Shown here: piece by piece, positions 9,259-17,475 of the stretch
Position numbering within the stretch: position 1 is the first letter of the stretch
Layout of the letters: every line of letters starts with the position of its first letter
DNA from: an uncultured Verrucomicrobiae bacterium
Lineage (GTDB): Bacteria; Verrucomicrobiota; Verrucomicrobiia; Chthoniobacterales; UBA10450
NCBI GenBank assembly: GCA_963801815.1
Contig: CAWDGJ010000003.1
Coordinates: 736,001 to 800,000, forward strand
Direction of reading: 5' to 3'
Length of the DNA stretch: 64,000 nucleotides
Translations under genes and position numbers: made by a program
Notes under the pieces: model-generated
The model's database searches: none
Told to the model about the DNA's origin: nothing
Seen by the model: only the letters and a program-made list of their open reading frames with translations

Positions 9259-9370
9259 GAGTCAGGCGTGGACATATAGCTTACCACCACGGAAATGCCA
9301 GTCTGCTCCAAACGCGCGCCCAATATCGGAGCCGTTTTGCCAGCCGGTGCTAGTCAACCTTCAGCGAGAG

Positions 9371-10588
9371 TCACAGCAGATGACCGAGCTTGGTCTTCTT
9401 GGTCTCCAGATATTTCTCGTTGTGCGGATTCGATTCCGTCCGGATCGGCACCTGTTCTACCATTTCGAGTCCGTAGCCTTCCAAGCCAACGACTTTCTTC
9501 GGATTGTTCGTGAGGAAACGGAATTGCCGTACCCCAAGATCGAAAAGGATTTGCGCGCCGATTCCGTAATCGCGCAAGTCAGGCGGAAGGCCGAGTTTCG
9601 CGTTGGCTTCGACCGTGTCGAGGCCTTGTTCCTGCAATTTGTAGGCGTGAATCTTTGCCGCCAGTCCAATGCCGCGTCCTTCCTGGCGCATGTAAACCAG
9701 GACGCCGTTGCCCGCTTCAGAAATTTGTCGCAACGCAGCATGCAATTGATTTCCACAATCGCATCTCCGCGAACCGAACACGTCACCGGTGAGGCACTCG
9801 CTGTGAACGCGAACCAGCGTCGGCTTGTTCTTGTCGATCTCGCCTTTCACAAGCGCGAGATGATGCATCCCGTCAATAAGCGATCGATATAAATGCAGGT
9901 CGAAATCGCCGTAATCGGTCGGCATCTTTACGACCTGCTCCAGCTCTACCAGCTTTTCGCTTTTGCGCCGGTGCGCGATCAAACTTTGGATGGTGCAAAT
10001 CTTCAGCCCATGTTTTTTCCGGAACTCCATCAGCTCTGGCAAGCGCGCCATCGTTCCGTCGTCGTGCAAGATTTCGCAAAGGACTCCCGCGGGCTGCAGT
10101 CCGGCCATTCGGGCGAGATCGATCGCCGCTTCGGTATGGCCGGCGCGTCGCAACACACCGCCATCTTTGGCCCGCAATGGAAACACGTGACCAGGTTGAG
10201 TGAGGTCGTCCGGGGACGAATGCGGATTCGCGATTGCGAGAATCGTAGTCGCGCGATCGTAGGCGCTGATTCCCGTCGTCACTCCGCGCGCGGCATCGAC
10301 CGACACTGTAAAATCCGTGCGCTGCGCCTCGCGGTTTTGCGTCACCATTCGTTGCAGCCCGAGCTGCTCCGCACGCTCGTTTGAAATCGGGACACAAATC
10401 AATCCGCGTCCGTGCGTCGCCATGAAATTGACCGCCTCGGGAGTCACTTTTTCTGCCGCGATGACCAGGTCGCCTTCGTTCTCGCGATCCGCATCGTCAG
10501 TCACAATCACAATTCGACCCTTGGCGATGTCGCTGACCACATCGTCAATCGCGTCGAATTGAAACGTCTCATTCGTCTGGCCTATCAT
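9371..10588 (-). CDS. ribBA: Bifunctional DHBP synthase / GTP cyclohydrolase II
   Basis: DRENEGDL, RAGHTEA, RVHSECLTGD, RCDCG, QEGRGIGL. Confidence 0.97.
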   Translation of the reverse strand: MIGQTNETFQFDAIDDVVSDIAKGRIVIVTDDADRENEGDLVIAAEKVTPEAVNFMATHGRGLICVPISNERAEQLGLQRMVTQNREAQRTDFTVSVDAARGVTTGISAYDRATTILAIANPHSSPDDLTQPGHVFPLRAKDGGVLRRAGHTEAAIDLARMAGLQPAGVLCEILHDDGTMARLPELMEFRKKHGLKICTIQSLIAHRRKSEKLVELEQVVKMPTDYGDFDLHLYRSLIDGMHHLALVKGEIDKNKPTLVRVHSECLTGDVFGSRRCDCGNQLHAALRQISEAGNGVLVYMRQEGRGIGLAAKIHAYKLQEQGLDTVEANAKLGLPPDLRDYGIGAQILFDLGVRQFRFLTNNPKKVVGLEGYGLEMVEQVPIRTESNPHNEKYLETKKTKLGHLL

Positions 10589-10731
10589 ACGAAGGGCAAT
10601 AATTTAACCACGAATTGGGACGAATAAACATCAAGGTTTGTAGACAGGCAGAGGTGACGGATCAACGAGAAAAGGATTGACTCGCTTGCGGGAACAAGAC
10701 TCAATCGACACCGTAGCAATCCCCCCAGTTC

Positions 10732-11589
10732 ATGATTCGATTCCGCTTAACGCGAAGGCGTGCTCTCTGCGCCGTTGCCGGCTTTGTTCTCGCGCTCAAC
10801 GGGTGTTCCAGTCTTGAGCCAGTCGCTGAGTTCGGAAAAAACGCCAGTGTCATCGCCGGTTACCCGGATGTAGCAGACGACTATCCTGCGATTCTTCAGC
10901 GTCAGCGATTGTACGGTTACAAAGACCCGGCGGTTAGCGACGAAAAAGTAGCTCTTCGCAAACGAGACGCACAACGGCTTCGGGAGGCGCAGAAAGTCCT
11001 GGAAGCGTACGCCCGCACTTTGGGTGCGCTCGCTGCCGACGATCTTATTAGTTACGACCGCGAGATAGACGCCCTCAATCAGAGTATCGTCGACGCCAAG
11101 CTGGCCACTCCGGCTCAAACTAAAATCTACGCGAAGGTTGCAAAGTTCGGCTTTGAATTGGCCACCGACATTTATCGGAGAAACAAAATCCGGCAGCTCA
11201 TCACGACCTACAATCCCGCAATTCAGAAGGCGACCCGCAACTTAATTACCATCGTTGAGGATGGTTACTTGATGGCGCTTAAAGACGAGCGCGATTATTT
11301 CGACAAGTACGTGAGCGGGCCTGCGAATCTAATCACCGGGTCAGAAGAGAACCGCCAAAATCTCGAAGGGCTGCAGGGGATCGTCGGCGTGGTGGCGAAA
11401 AGCCAGGACGATGCGCTCGAAAAGAAAAAAGAGAACGCGAAGGCGCTCGTCAAAGGGATGCGCGCATTTGCTCAGGGCCATCAACAATTAGCGGAGAACA
11501 TCAACAAAGTGAGTTTCAAGGAAACCGTTAGCGTGGCGCGCAAATATGCCGAACAGTTGCGCGACATTTTGAAGTCCTTTCGCTCCTAG
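10732..11589 (+). CDS. Hypothetical alpha-helical lipoprotein
   Basis: 285 aa, TRRRAL...VLALNGC signal with lipobox, charged helical composition. Confidence 0.7.
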   Translation: MIRFRLTRRRALCAVAGFVLALNGCSSLEPVAEFGKNASVIAGYPDVADDYPAILQRQRLYGYKDPAVSDEKVALRKRDAQRLREAQKVLEAYARTLGALAADDLISYDREIDALNQSIVDAKLATPAQTKIYAKVAKFGFELATDIYRRNKIRQLITTYNPAIQKATRNLITIVEDGYLMALKDERDYFDKYVSGPANLITGSEENRQNLEGLQGIVGVVAKSQDDALEKKKENAKALVKGMRAFAQGHQQLAENINKVSFKETVSVARKYAEQLRDILKSFRS

Positions 11590-11600
11590 GTCATTTCATC

Positions 11601-11993
11601 ATGAGCAAAATAACCGCTGCTCAAGCCCTCCAGCTCGCGAAGGATTATAATGAATCTGCCAGTGCTATTGGCGATTTCCGATTAAAGAATTGGGACAAAT
11701 TGTCGGCGGAAGACCGCCTTGTTCTCGGAAATACCGGACGAACTCTTCTCGATCACTCCCAGGATCTAATCACCTACGCCGTGGGCAAGATTCTCGATGA
11801 TACGCAGGCTTCGCTTGCTGACATCCAGAAGGCGACTGCCGATGCGAATCAAACTATCAAAACGGTCAACGACCTTAAGAAGGTCATCAGCATCGGCGCT
11901 GCCTTGGTAGGTCTTGCGGCCGCGATTTACACGGAAAATCCGTCGGGCATCGCCGACGCCGTCAAAAGTGTTGTTAGTGCAGTTACCAGTTAG
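11601..11993 (+). CDS. Hypothetical 130 aa helical protein with a C-terminal hydrophobic hairpin
   Basis: 11 nt after the lipoprotein gene, C-terminus VISIGAALVGLAAAIYTENPSGIADAVKSVVSAVTS. Confidence 0.7.
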   Translation: MSKITAAQALQLAKDYNESASAIGDFRLKNWDKLSAEDRLVLGNTGRTLLDHSQDLITYAVGKILDDTQASLADIQKATADANQTIKTVNDLKKVISIGAALVGLAAAIYTENPSGIADAVKSVVSAVTS

Positions 11994-12016
11994 TTCAACT
12001 CCCTCAACTTGTTCTT

Positions 12017-12796
12017 ATGGCTAAAATAAATACTCGTTCCCAGCAGTGGTACGGTTGGTTGCCGGATTTGCCGGACCATCGTGATTTGATGTATTCGGCG
12101 GTCCAGCCGGCGCTTGCAACGTTGCCGAGTAAGATTGACCTGCGTCCCAAATGCTCGCCGGTCGAAAATCAGGGAAACCTCGGAAGTTGCACCGCCAATG
12201 CGCTGGCCGGCGCGGTCGAGTTCCTCGAACTCAAGGACGAGTTACCGCTAGTCACGGTAAGCCGTCTGTTCATTTATTATAATGAGCGCGTCATCGAAGG
12301 CACAGTGAATCAGGACAGCGGCGCTTTCATTCGCGACGGAGTCAAATCGCTCGCAAAGCAAGGAGTGTGTCCCGATAAAGAGTGGCCTTACAAGATTGCC
12401 AGTTTCAAAGAGAAACCGGCCGCGAAGTGTTATTCCGACGCCAAGAAACACCAGATCACTTCCTACTATCGAATCAGCACGGTTGACGAGATGCGGACGT
12501 GTCTGGCCGACGGATTTCCTTTCGTGTTCGGGTTTACGGTTTACTCGGCGTTCGAGTCCGCCGCGGTCGCCAGGTCCGGTGTGTTGAACATGCCCGGACC
12601 TGACGAAACCGTCGTGGGCGGTCACGCGGTCCTGGCGGTCGGCTACTATGACTCGCAGAATCGTTTCATCGTTCGCAACTCCTGGGACACGGATTGGGGA
12701 ATGAAAGGCTACTTCACGATGCCTTATGATTACCTCGATCCAGCCAAGAACCTGGCGGACGATTTCTGGACAATTCGGGCCTCTGAGGAAGGTTGA
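12017..12796 (+). CDS. C1 (papain-like) cysteine peptidase
   Basis: QGNLGSCTANA (Gln/Cys), GGHAVLAVGY (His), RNSW (Asn), YGWLPDLPDHRD N-terminus. Confidence 0.92.
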   Translation: MAKINTRSQQWYGWLPDLPDHRDLMYSAVQPALATLPSKIDLRPKCSPVENQGNLGSCTANALAGAVEFLELKDELPLVTVSRLFIYYNERVIEGTVNQDSGAFIRDGVKSLAKQGVCPDKEWPYKIASFKEKPAAKCYSDAKKHQITSYYRISTVDEMRTCLADGFPFVFGFTVYSAFESAAVARSGVLNMPGPDETVVGGHAVLAVGYYDSQNRFIVRNSWDTDWGMKGYFTMPYDYLDPAKNLADDFWTIRASEEG

Positions 12797-12890
12797 CAGC
12801 CTCAATAGACGCGTGTGGCGGATGTAGTTTTTGGTAGAAAAGATAACGGTGCCCTGGCCTCAGCAGCCACGTGACCCGCCGCTACCTCAT

Positions 12891-14123
12891 CTAGCCGATC
12901 TCAACTGCTTTCTCGATCAGCGGCGTGATGTTGACGATCGAGCGTTCGTTGCGGGCGTGAATCATGAACAGTGATTCATCGACTTCGACTTTTTCTCCGA
13001 TTTTTTTGATCTTCGAGAATCCGACGGAAAAATCGATCGCGTCGCTATCGCGTTGACGACCTGCGCCAAGAATTGTGGAAGCGCGACCAATCAGTTCGGC
13101 ATCCATTTTCTTGACGGTACCGGTGGATCGCGCGGGGAAGGGTTCAATGATCGGCGCGGCGTGCGCATCGAGAATCTTCTCTACTAGAGTGGCGTCGCCG
13201 TCCTGGGCATAGACCAGTGAGATGAATTTTTTCCACGCGGTCCCATCCTGAAGACGTTTTGCCAATTGCGTGCGCGGTGTTTCGGAAATCTTCTCCGCGA
13301 GATCGATAATCAATTTCACCAGATCAGGCGGGCCGCCGCCTTGCAGAATTTCCACGCACTCGGCCACCTCCAGGGCATTGCCGACATTCCGGCCAAGCGG
13401 TTCGTCCATCGGATTGAGTTGGCACACCGTCTTTACCTTCATCGATTGGCCAACTTTAATCATCGCATCGGCGAGCTGCTTCGCTTCCTCTTTCGTCTTC
13501 ATGACCGCGCCGCTGCCGAATTTCACGTCCAGCAGAAGGCGATCGAGATTCTCGGCTAGCTTTTTGCTCATAATGCTCGCGACAATCAGCGGTTGCGAAG
13601 GCACCGTACCGGTGACATCGCGCAATGCGTAAAGCTTCTTATCGGCCGGACAAATATCTTCTGTCTGGTCGAGAACGAAGACGCCGATCTTGTCCAGCTG
13701 TTTGAGCGCGCGTTTCTCGTCCAGATTGACGTTAAAACCGGGAATGCTCTCAAGTTTATCCAAGGTGCCGCCAATGAAGCCAAAACCGCGACTGGATATC
13801 ATCGGAACCCAGACGTCGTCACAGGCCAGTAATGGCGCCAGCACCAGCGAAACTTTGTCACCAACGCCGCCAGTCGAACGTTTGTCGATCTTGGGCGGCG
13901 AACCTTCCGGATATTTCAAGACGCGGCCACTCTGCAGCATGGCGTCCGTGAGCTGATAGGTCTCGGCTGGGGACATTCCGCGGAAAAAAACCGCCATGGC
14001 CAGGGCGCTCATTTGGTAATCGGGGATTTCACCAATGGTGAAATCCTCCACCAGGCCCTTGATTTCCTCGGTCGTTAGCGTGTGGCCATCGCGTTTCTTT
14101 TCGATGACAGTCGGGATATGCAT
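12891..14123 (-). CDS. Thymidine/pyrimidine-nucleoside phosphorylase homologue with altered active-site motifs
   Basis: IEKKRDG, DYQMSALAMA, DKRSTGGVGD, GGTLDKLESIPG, PADKKLYALRDVT, SIMSKK. Start ATG 14123. Confidence 0.88.
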   Translation of the reverse strand: MHIPTVIEKKRDGHTLTTEEIKGLVEDFTIGEIPDYQMSALAMAVFFRGMSPAETYQLTDAMLQSGRVLKYPEGSPPKIDKRSTGGVGDKVSLVLAPLLACDDVWVPMISSRGFGFIGGTLDKLESIPGFNVNLDEKRALKQLDKIGVFVLDQTEDICPADKKLYALRDVTGTVPSQPLIVASIMSKKLAENLDRLLLDVKFGSGAVMKTKEEAKQLADAMIKVGQSMKVKTVCQLNPMDEPLGRNVGNALEVAECVEILQGGGPPDLVKLIIDLAEKISETPRTQLAKRLQDGTAWKKFISLVYAQDGDATLVEKILDAHAAPIIEPFPARSTGTVKKMDAELIGRASTILGAGRQRDSDAIDFSVGFSKIKKIGEKVEVDESLFMIHARNERSIVNITPLIEKAVEIG

Positions 14124-14175
14124 ACAGCAGCCGCTGGATGAGCGCGATGCGTGCCATTTTTGGGTTACAAACAGC

Positions 14176-14251
14176 AAATCCCCAATTCCAAGTGCCAGGC
14201 TCCAAACACTTTGGTTATTGGCTATTGGCCATGGCCTGGGATTGGGGATTT
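14176..14251. repeat. Heptamer-periodic inverted repeat element (short copy 3)
   Basis: Perfect 11-bp ends AAATCCCCAAT / ATTGGGGATTT with internal 7-nt periodicity. Confidence 0.7.
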
Positions 14252-14344
14252 CGGCAGTGAGATTTCGCGGGCAGTTTCATGGCTCCGAAGGTGAGGGATT
14301 GCGCAAACGTCGAAAAAAGAAAATGCTATTGGACTTTTTAGGCC

Positions 14345-15277
14345 ATGAACAAGTCTGACAAGATTTTCGTTGCCGGTCACCGGGGGATGGTCGGCAGCGC
14401 CTTTATCCGTGCCTTGGAAGCGCGCGGCTTTTCCAATTTGCTCAAGAAAACGCGGGCCGAACTGGACCTGGCTGTTCGCGCCGCAGTGGACGGATTCTTC
14501 CAAAAAGAAAAACCGGAGATCGTTGTTTTTGCGGCGGCCAAGGTCGGCGGCATCAAGGCAAACAACGATTTTCCGGTTGAGTTTTTGATCGATAACCTGC
14601 GGATACAAACGAACATCATTGCGGCGGCCCACGCGAACGGCGCGAAGAAGCTGCTTTTTCTTGGCAGTTCCTGCATTTATCCAAAGCATGCGCCGCAGCC
14701 GATTCCGGAAAGCGCCTTGCTCACTGGACCTCTGGAACCGACGAACGAACCCTATGCCATCGCCAAGATTGCAGGAGTCAAACTCTGCCAGGCCTACGCG
14801 CGTGAGTACGGCGCCAATTTCATTTCGGCAATGCCGACAAACCTTTATGGTCCGAACGAAAGTTTTGATCTCGAAACCTCACACGTCCTCGCTGCGTTAT
14901 TGCGCAAGGCGCACGAAGCTAAAACCAGGCGCGCGCGAGAACTGGTGGTTTGGGGGACAGGCACTCCCCGCCGTGAATTTCTGCACGTGGACGATTGCGC
15001 GTCTGCCTGTTTGTTTTTACTCGAGAAATACGACTCGTCCGAAATAATCAACGTCGGTTCGGGCGAAGATCTTACTATCCGCGAATTGGCCGAGTTGGTT
15101 TGTGACGTGGTTGGTTTCGACGGCGAACTGACCTGGGACAAGACGAAACCGGACGGGACACCGCGGAAGCTTCTTGATGTTTCCAAACTGCGCTCTCTCG
15201 GTTGGGCTCCGACGATTCCACTTCGCGAAGGCGTCGCACAGATGTACGACTGGTTTCTGAAAAACATCGCCAAATGA
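14345..15277 (+). CDS. fcl: GDP-L-fucose synthase
   Basis: AGHRGMVGSA, AAAKVGGI, LGSSCIYP, EPYAIAK, MPTNLYGP, KPDGTPRK. Confidence 0.95.
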   Translation: MNKSDKIFVAGHRGMVGSAFIRALEARGFSNLLKKTRAELDLAVRAAVDGFFQKEKPEIVVFAAAKVGGIKANNDFPVEFLIDNLRIQTNIIAAAHANGAKKLLFLGSSCIYPKHAPQPIPESALLTGPLEPTNEPYAIAKIAGVKLCQAYAREYGANFISAMPTNLYGPNESFDLETSHVLAALLRKAHEAKTRRARELVVWGTGTPRREFLHVDDCASACLFLLEKYDSSEIINVGSGEDLTIRELAELVCDVVGFDGELTWDKTKPDGTPRKLLDVSKLRSLGWAPTIPLREGVAQMYDWFLKNIAK

Positions 15278-16194
15278 AAAAACTCCGCGTTGGCGTGGTC
15301 GGCGTGGGCCACATCGGAAGCAATCACGCGCGGCTTTACGCTGAAATTCCGGCGGCGGAATTCACCGCGATCTACGATGTCGACGCTGCGCGCGCGAATT
15401 CAATCGCGAAGAAGTTTCGCGTCGTGGCCGCGAAATCCCTGGATGAATTTGCCGAACTGATTGATGCGGTGTCGATCGCGACGCCCACGAATTCACATTA
15501 CGACGTTGCGCTTCCGCTTTTGCAGCGAGGCAAACATCTACTGGTAGAGAAGCCGGTCACCGAAAATCCGCTACACGCTACCGAGCTGACAGAATTGGCC
15601 GCGCGCAACCGATTGATTCTTCAAGTTGGCCACGTTGAGCGCTTCAATCCGGTCTTGAGCGCCCTGGAAATGCGACTGACTCATCCACGATTCATCGAAG
15701 CGCATCGGCTTTCGCCCTATCCAAACCGCAGCACGGACATCGGCGTTGTGCTCGACCTCATGATTCACGATCTCGAAATCATTTTGCATCTGGTGCGCTC
15801 GCCGGTTCAGAACATCGATGCGGTCGGGATTCCGGTCTTGAGCAAGAGCGAGGACATCGCGAACGCCCGAATTCGTTTCGAAAACGGCTGCGTGGCGAAC
15901 GTGACTTCCAGCCGGATTAGCCCGGAACGCATGCGCAAGATCCGCGTTTTCCAGGAGGACGCTTATCTCTCACTCGATTACGAAAAGCAGACCGGCGAAA
16001 GTTATCGACTCGAGAATGGAAAAATCACGCGCGACAAAGTTCCAATCGAGCGCGAAGAACCACTGAAGCAACAATTGGTTTCTTTCATCGAATGTGCCAG
16101 CACCGGGCGCGAACCGCGTGTCTCGGGATTTCAGGCAACCGCTGCGCTGGCGCTGGCGGTGGAAATAACCAGGAAAATCCAGGAATCCGAATAA
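15274..16194 (+). CDS. Gfo/Idh/MocA oxidoreductase, GnnA-like
   Basis: GVVGVGHIG, EKP, GHVERFNP, DLMIHD, directly upstream of lpxB, ATGA overlap with fcl. Confidence 0.8.
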   Translation: MKKLRVGVVGVGHIGSNHARLYAEIPAAEFTAIYDVDAARANSIAKKFRVVAAKSLDEFAELIDAVSIATPTNSHYDVALPLLQRGKHLLVEKPVTENPLHATELTELAARNRLILQVGHVERFNPVLSALEMRLTHPRFIEAHRLSPYPNRSTDIGVVLDLMIHDLEIILHLVRSPVQNIDAVGIPVLSKSEDIANARIRFENGCVANVTSSRISPERMRKIRVFQEDAYLSLDYEKQTGESYRLENGKITRDKVPIEREEPLKQQLVSFIECASTGREPRVSGFQATAALALAVEITRKIQESE

Positions 16195-16202
16195 CGCGAT
16201 AA

Positions 16203-16351
16203 AAATCCGAAATCCGAATGTCGAAATCCGAAACAAGCACTAATGAGTGGAATTCCAAAGTGGCAAGTTGCGTCGAAAGTCGGTGTTTTGGTCATTTTCG
16301 AATTTTGAATTTGGAGATTGTTTCGAGCTTTAGATTTAGGATTTCGAATTT
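16203..16351. repeat. Heptamer-periodic imperfect inverted repeat element (copy 4)
   Basis: AAATCCG AAATCCG AATGTCG AAATCCG AAACAA ... TTGTTT CGAGCTT TAGATTT AGGATTT CGAATTT. Confidence 0.8.
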
Positions 16352-16354
16352 GCG

Positions 16355-17470
16355 TTGAAAACGATTTACTTCGTCGCGGGCGAGGCGAGCGCGGACAATC
16401 ACGGAGCGGCTTTGATGCGCGCCTTGCACCGTGCCAGCCCAAATCTCCATTTTGTCGGACGTGGCGGACCACAAATGAAGGCGTTGGCCGATCCGAGCTT
16501 TCGAAACTGGATCGAACAGTCCGGCGTGCTCGGCCTTTGGGAGGTGATCAAACATTACGGTTACTTTCGAAAACAGTTCCATGAGACTCTGCGGGAAATT
16601 GACACCGGCAAACCGGATGCGGTGATATTGATCGATTACCCTGGGTTCAATTTGCGTCTTGCGCGCGCGCTACGGAAAAAATTTCCGGCGCAGAAAATCA
16701 TTTACTACATCAGTCCACAGGTTTGGGCGTGGAACCGCGGGCGGATCAAGAAAATGGCGCGCTGGCTCGACCTAATGCTCTGCATTTTTCCGTTTGAAGC
16801 CGATCTCTATAATGAAAGCGGGCTACGCACGATTTTTGTCGGCCATCCAATGATTGAACGCCTGAGCGCACGAAAGAGCGATATTGCGTCTGATCCAAAC
16901 CTGATCGGGCTGTTTCCGGGTAGCCGATTGCGCGAGGTCCGCAAAATTTTTCCAATTTTACTCGAGACCGTGCGCGAACTCCGACGAACGAAGCCGAATC
17001 TACGTTTCGAAGTGGCCGCCGCTTCGGAGGAGCTGGCACGAGAAACGGAAAGAATGATCGATGGGCAAGAGCGGCAAGCAATCGAGATCAAAGTCGGTCA
17101 GACTGCCGAAATCATGCAGCGCGCGTTCGCCGGAATTGTCGCCTCGGGAAGTGCGACCCTCGAGGCGGCTTATTTTGGAATGCCGTTTGTCCTCATCTAC
17201 AAAGTTTCGTGGATCACCTACCTGGCGGGCCGGCTTTTGGTTAAGGTGAAATATCTCGGGATGCCAAATGTGCTGGCGGAGCGAGAAATTGTACCAGAAT
17301 TTATTCAGCATCTCGCGCGGCCGGCCGCAATTGCCAAAGCGGTTTCTTGTTTGTTTGAAGCCGATGTCCGCAAGCAAATGCTTGCCGGCTTCGATGGCAT
17401 TTGCGAGCAACTGGGCGGGGCCGGCGCAAGCGAGCGGGCCGCCAGGGCGATATTAGCAGAGATCGGTTAG
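16355..17470 (+). CDS. lpxB: Lipid-A-disaccharide synthase
   Basis: AGEASAD, IDYPGFN, SPQVWAW, FPGSR, SGSATLE. Confidence 0.95.
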   Translation: MKTIYFVAGEASADNHGAALMRALHRASPNLHFVGRGGPQMKALADPSFRNWIEQSGVLGLWEVIKHYGYFRKQFHETLREIDTGKPDAVILIDYPGFNLRLARALRKKFPAQKIIYYISPQVWAWNRGRIKKMARWLDLMLCIFPFEADLYNESGLRTIFVGHPMIERLSARKSDIASDPNLIGLFPGSRLREVRKIFPILLETVRELRRTKPNLRFEVAAASEELARETERMIDGQERQAIEIKVGQTAEIMQRAFAGIVASGSATLEAAYFGMPFVLIYKVSWITYLAGRLLVKVKYLGMPNVLAEREIVPEFIQHLARPAAIAKAVSCLFEADVRKQMLAGFDGICEQLGGAGASERAARAILAEIG

Positions 17471-17475
17471 GCGAC

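Noticed and set aside
10589..10731. FMN riboswitch upstream of ribBA
   Set aside because: No RFN consensus (AGGGCGGGGTGAAATTCCC-like) seen on the minus strand, and the spacer is short and shared with a divergent gene.
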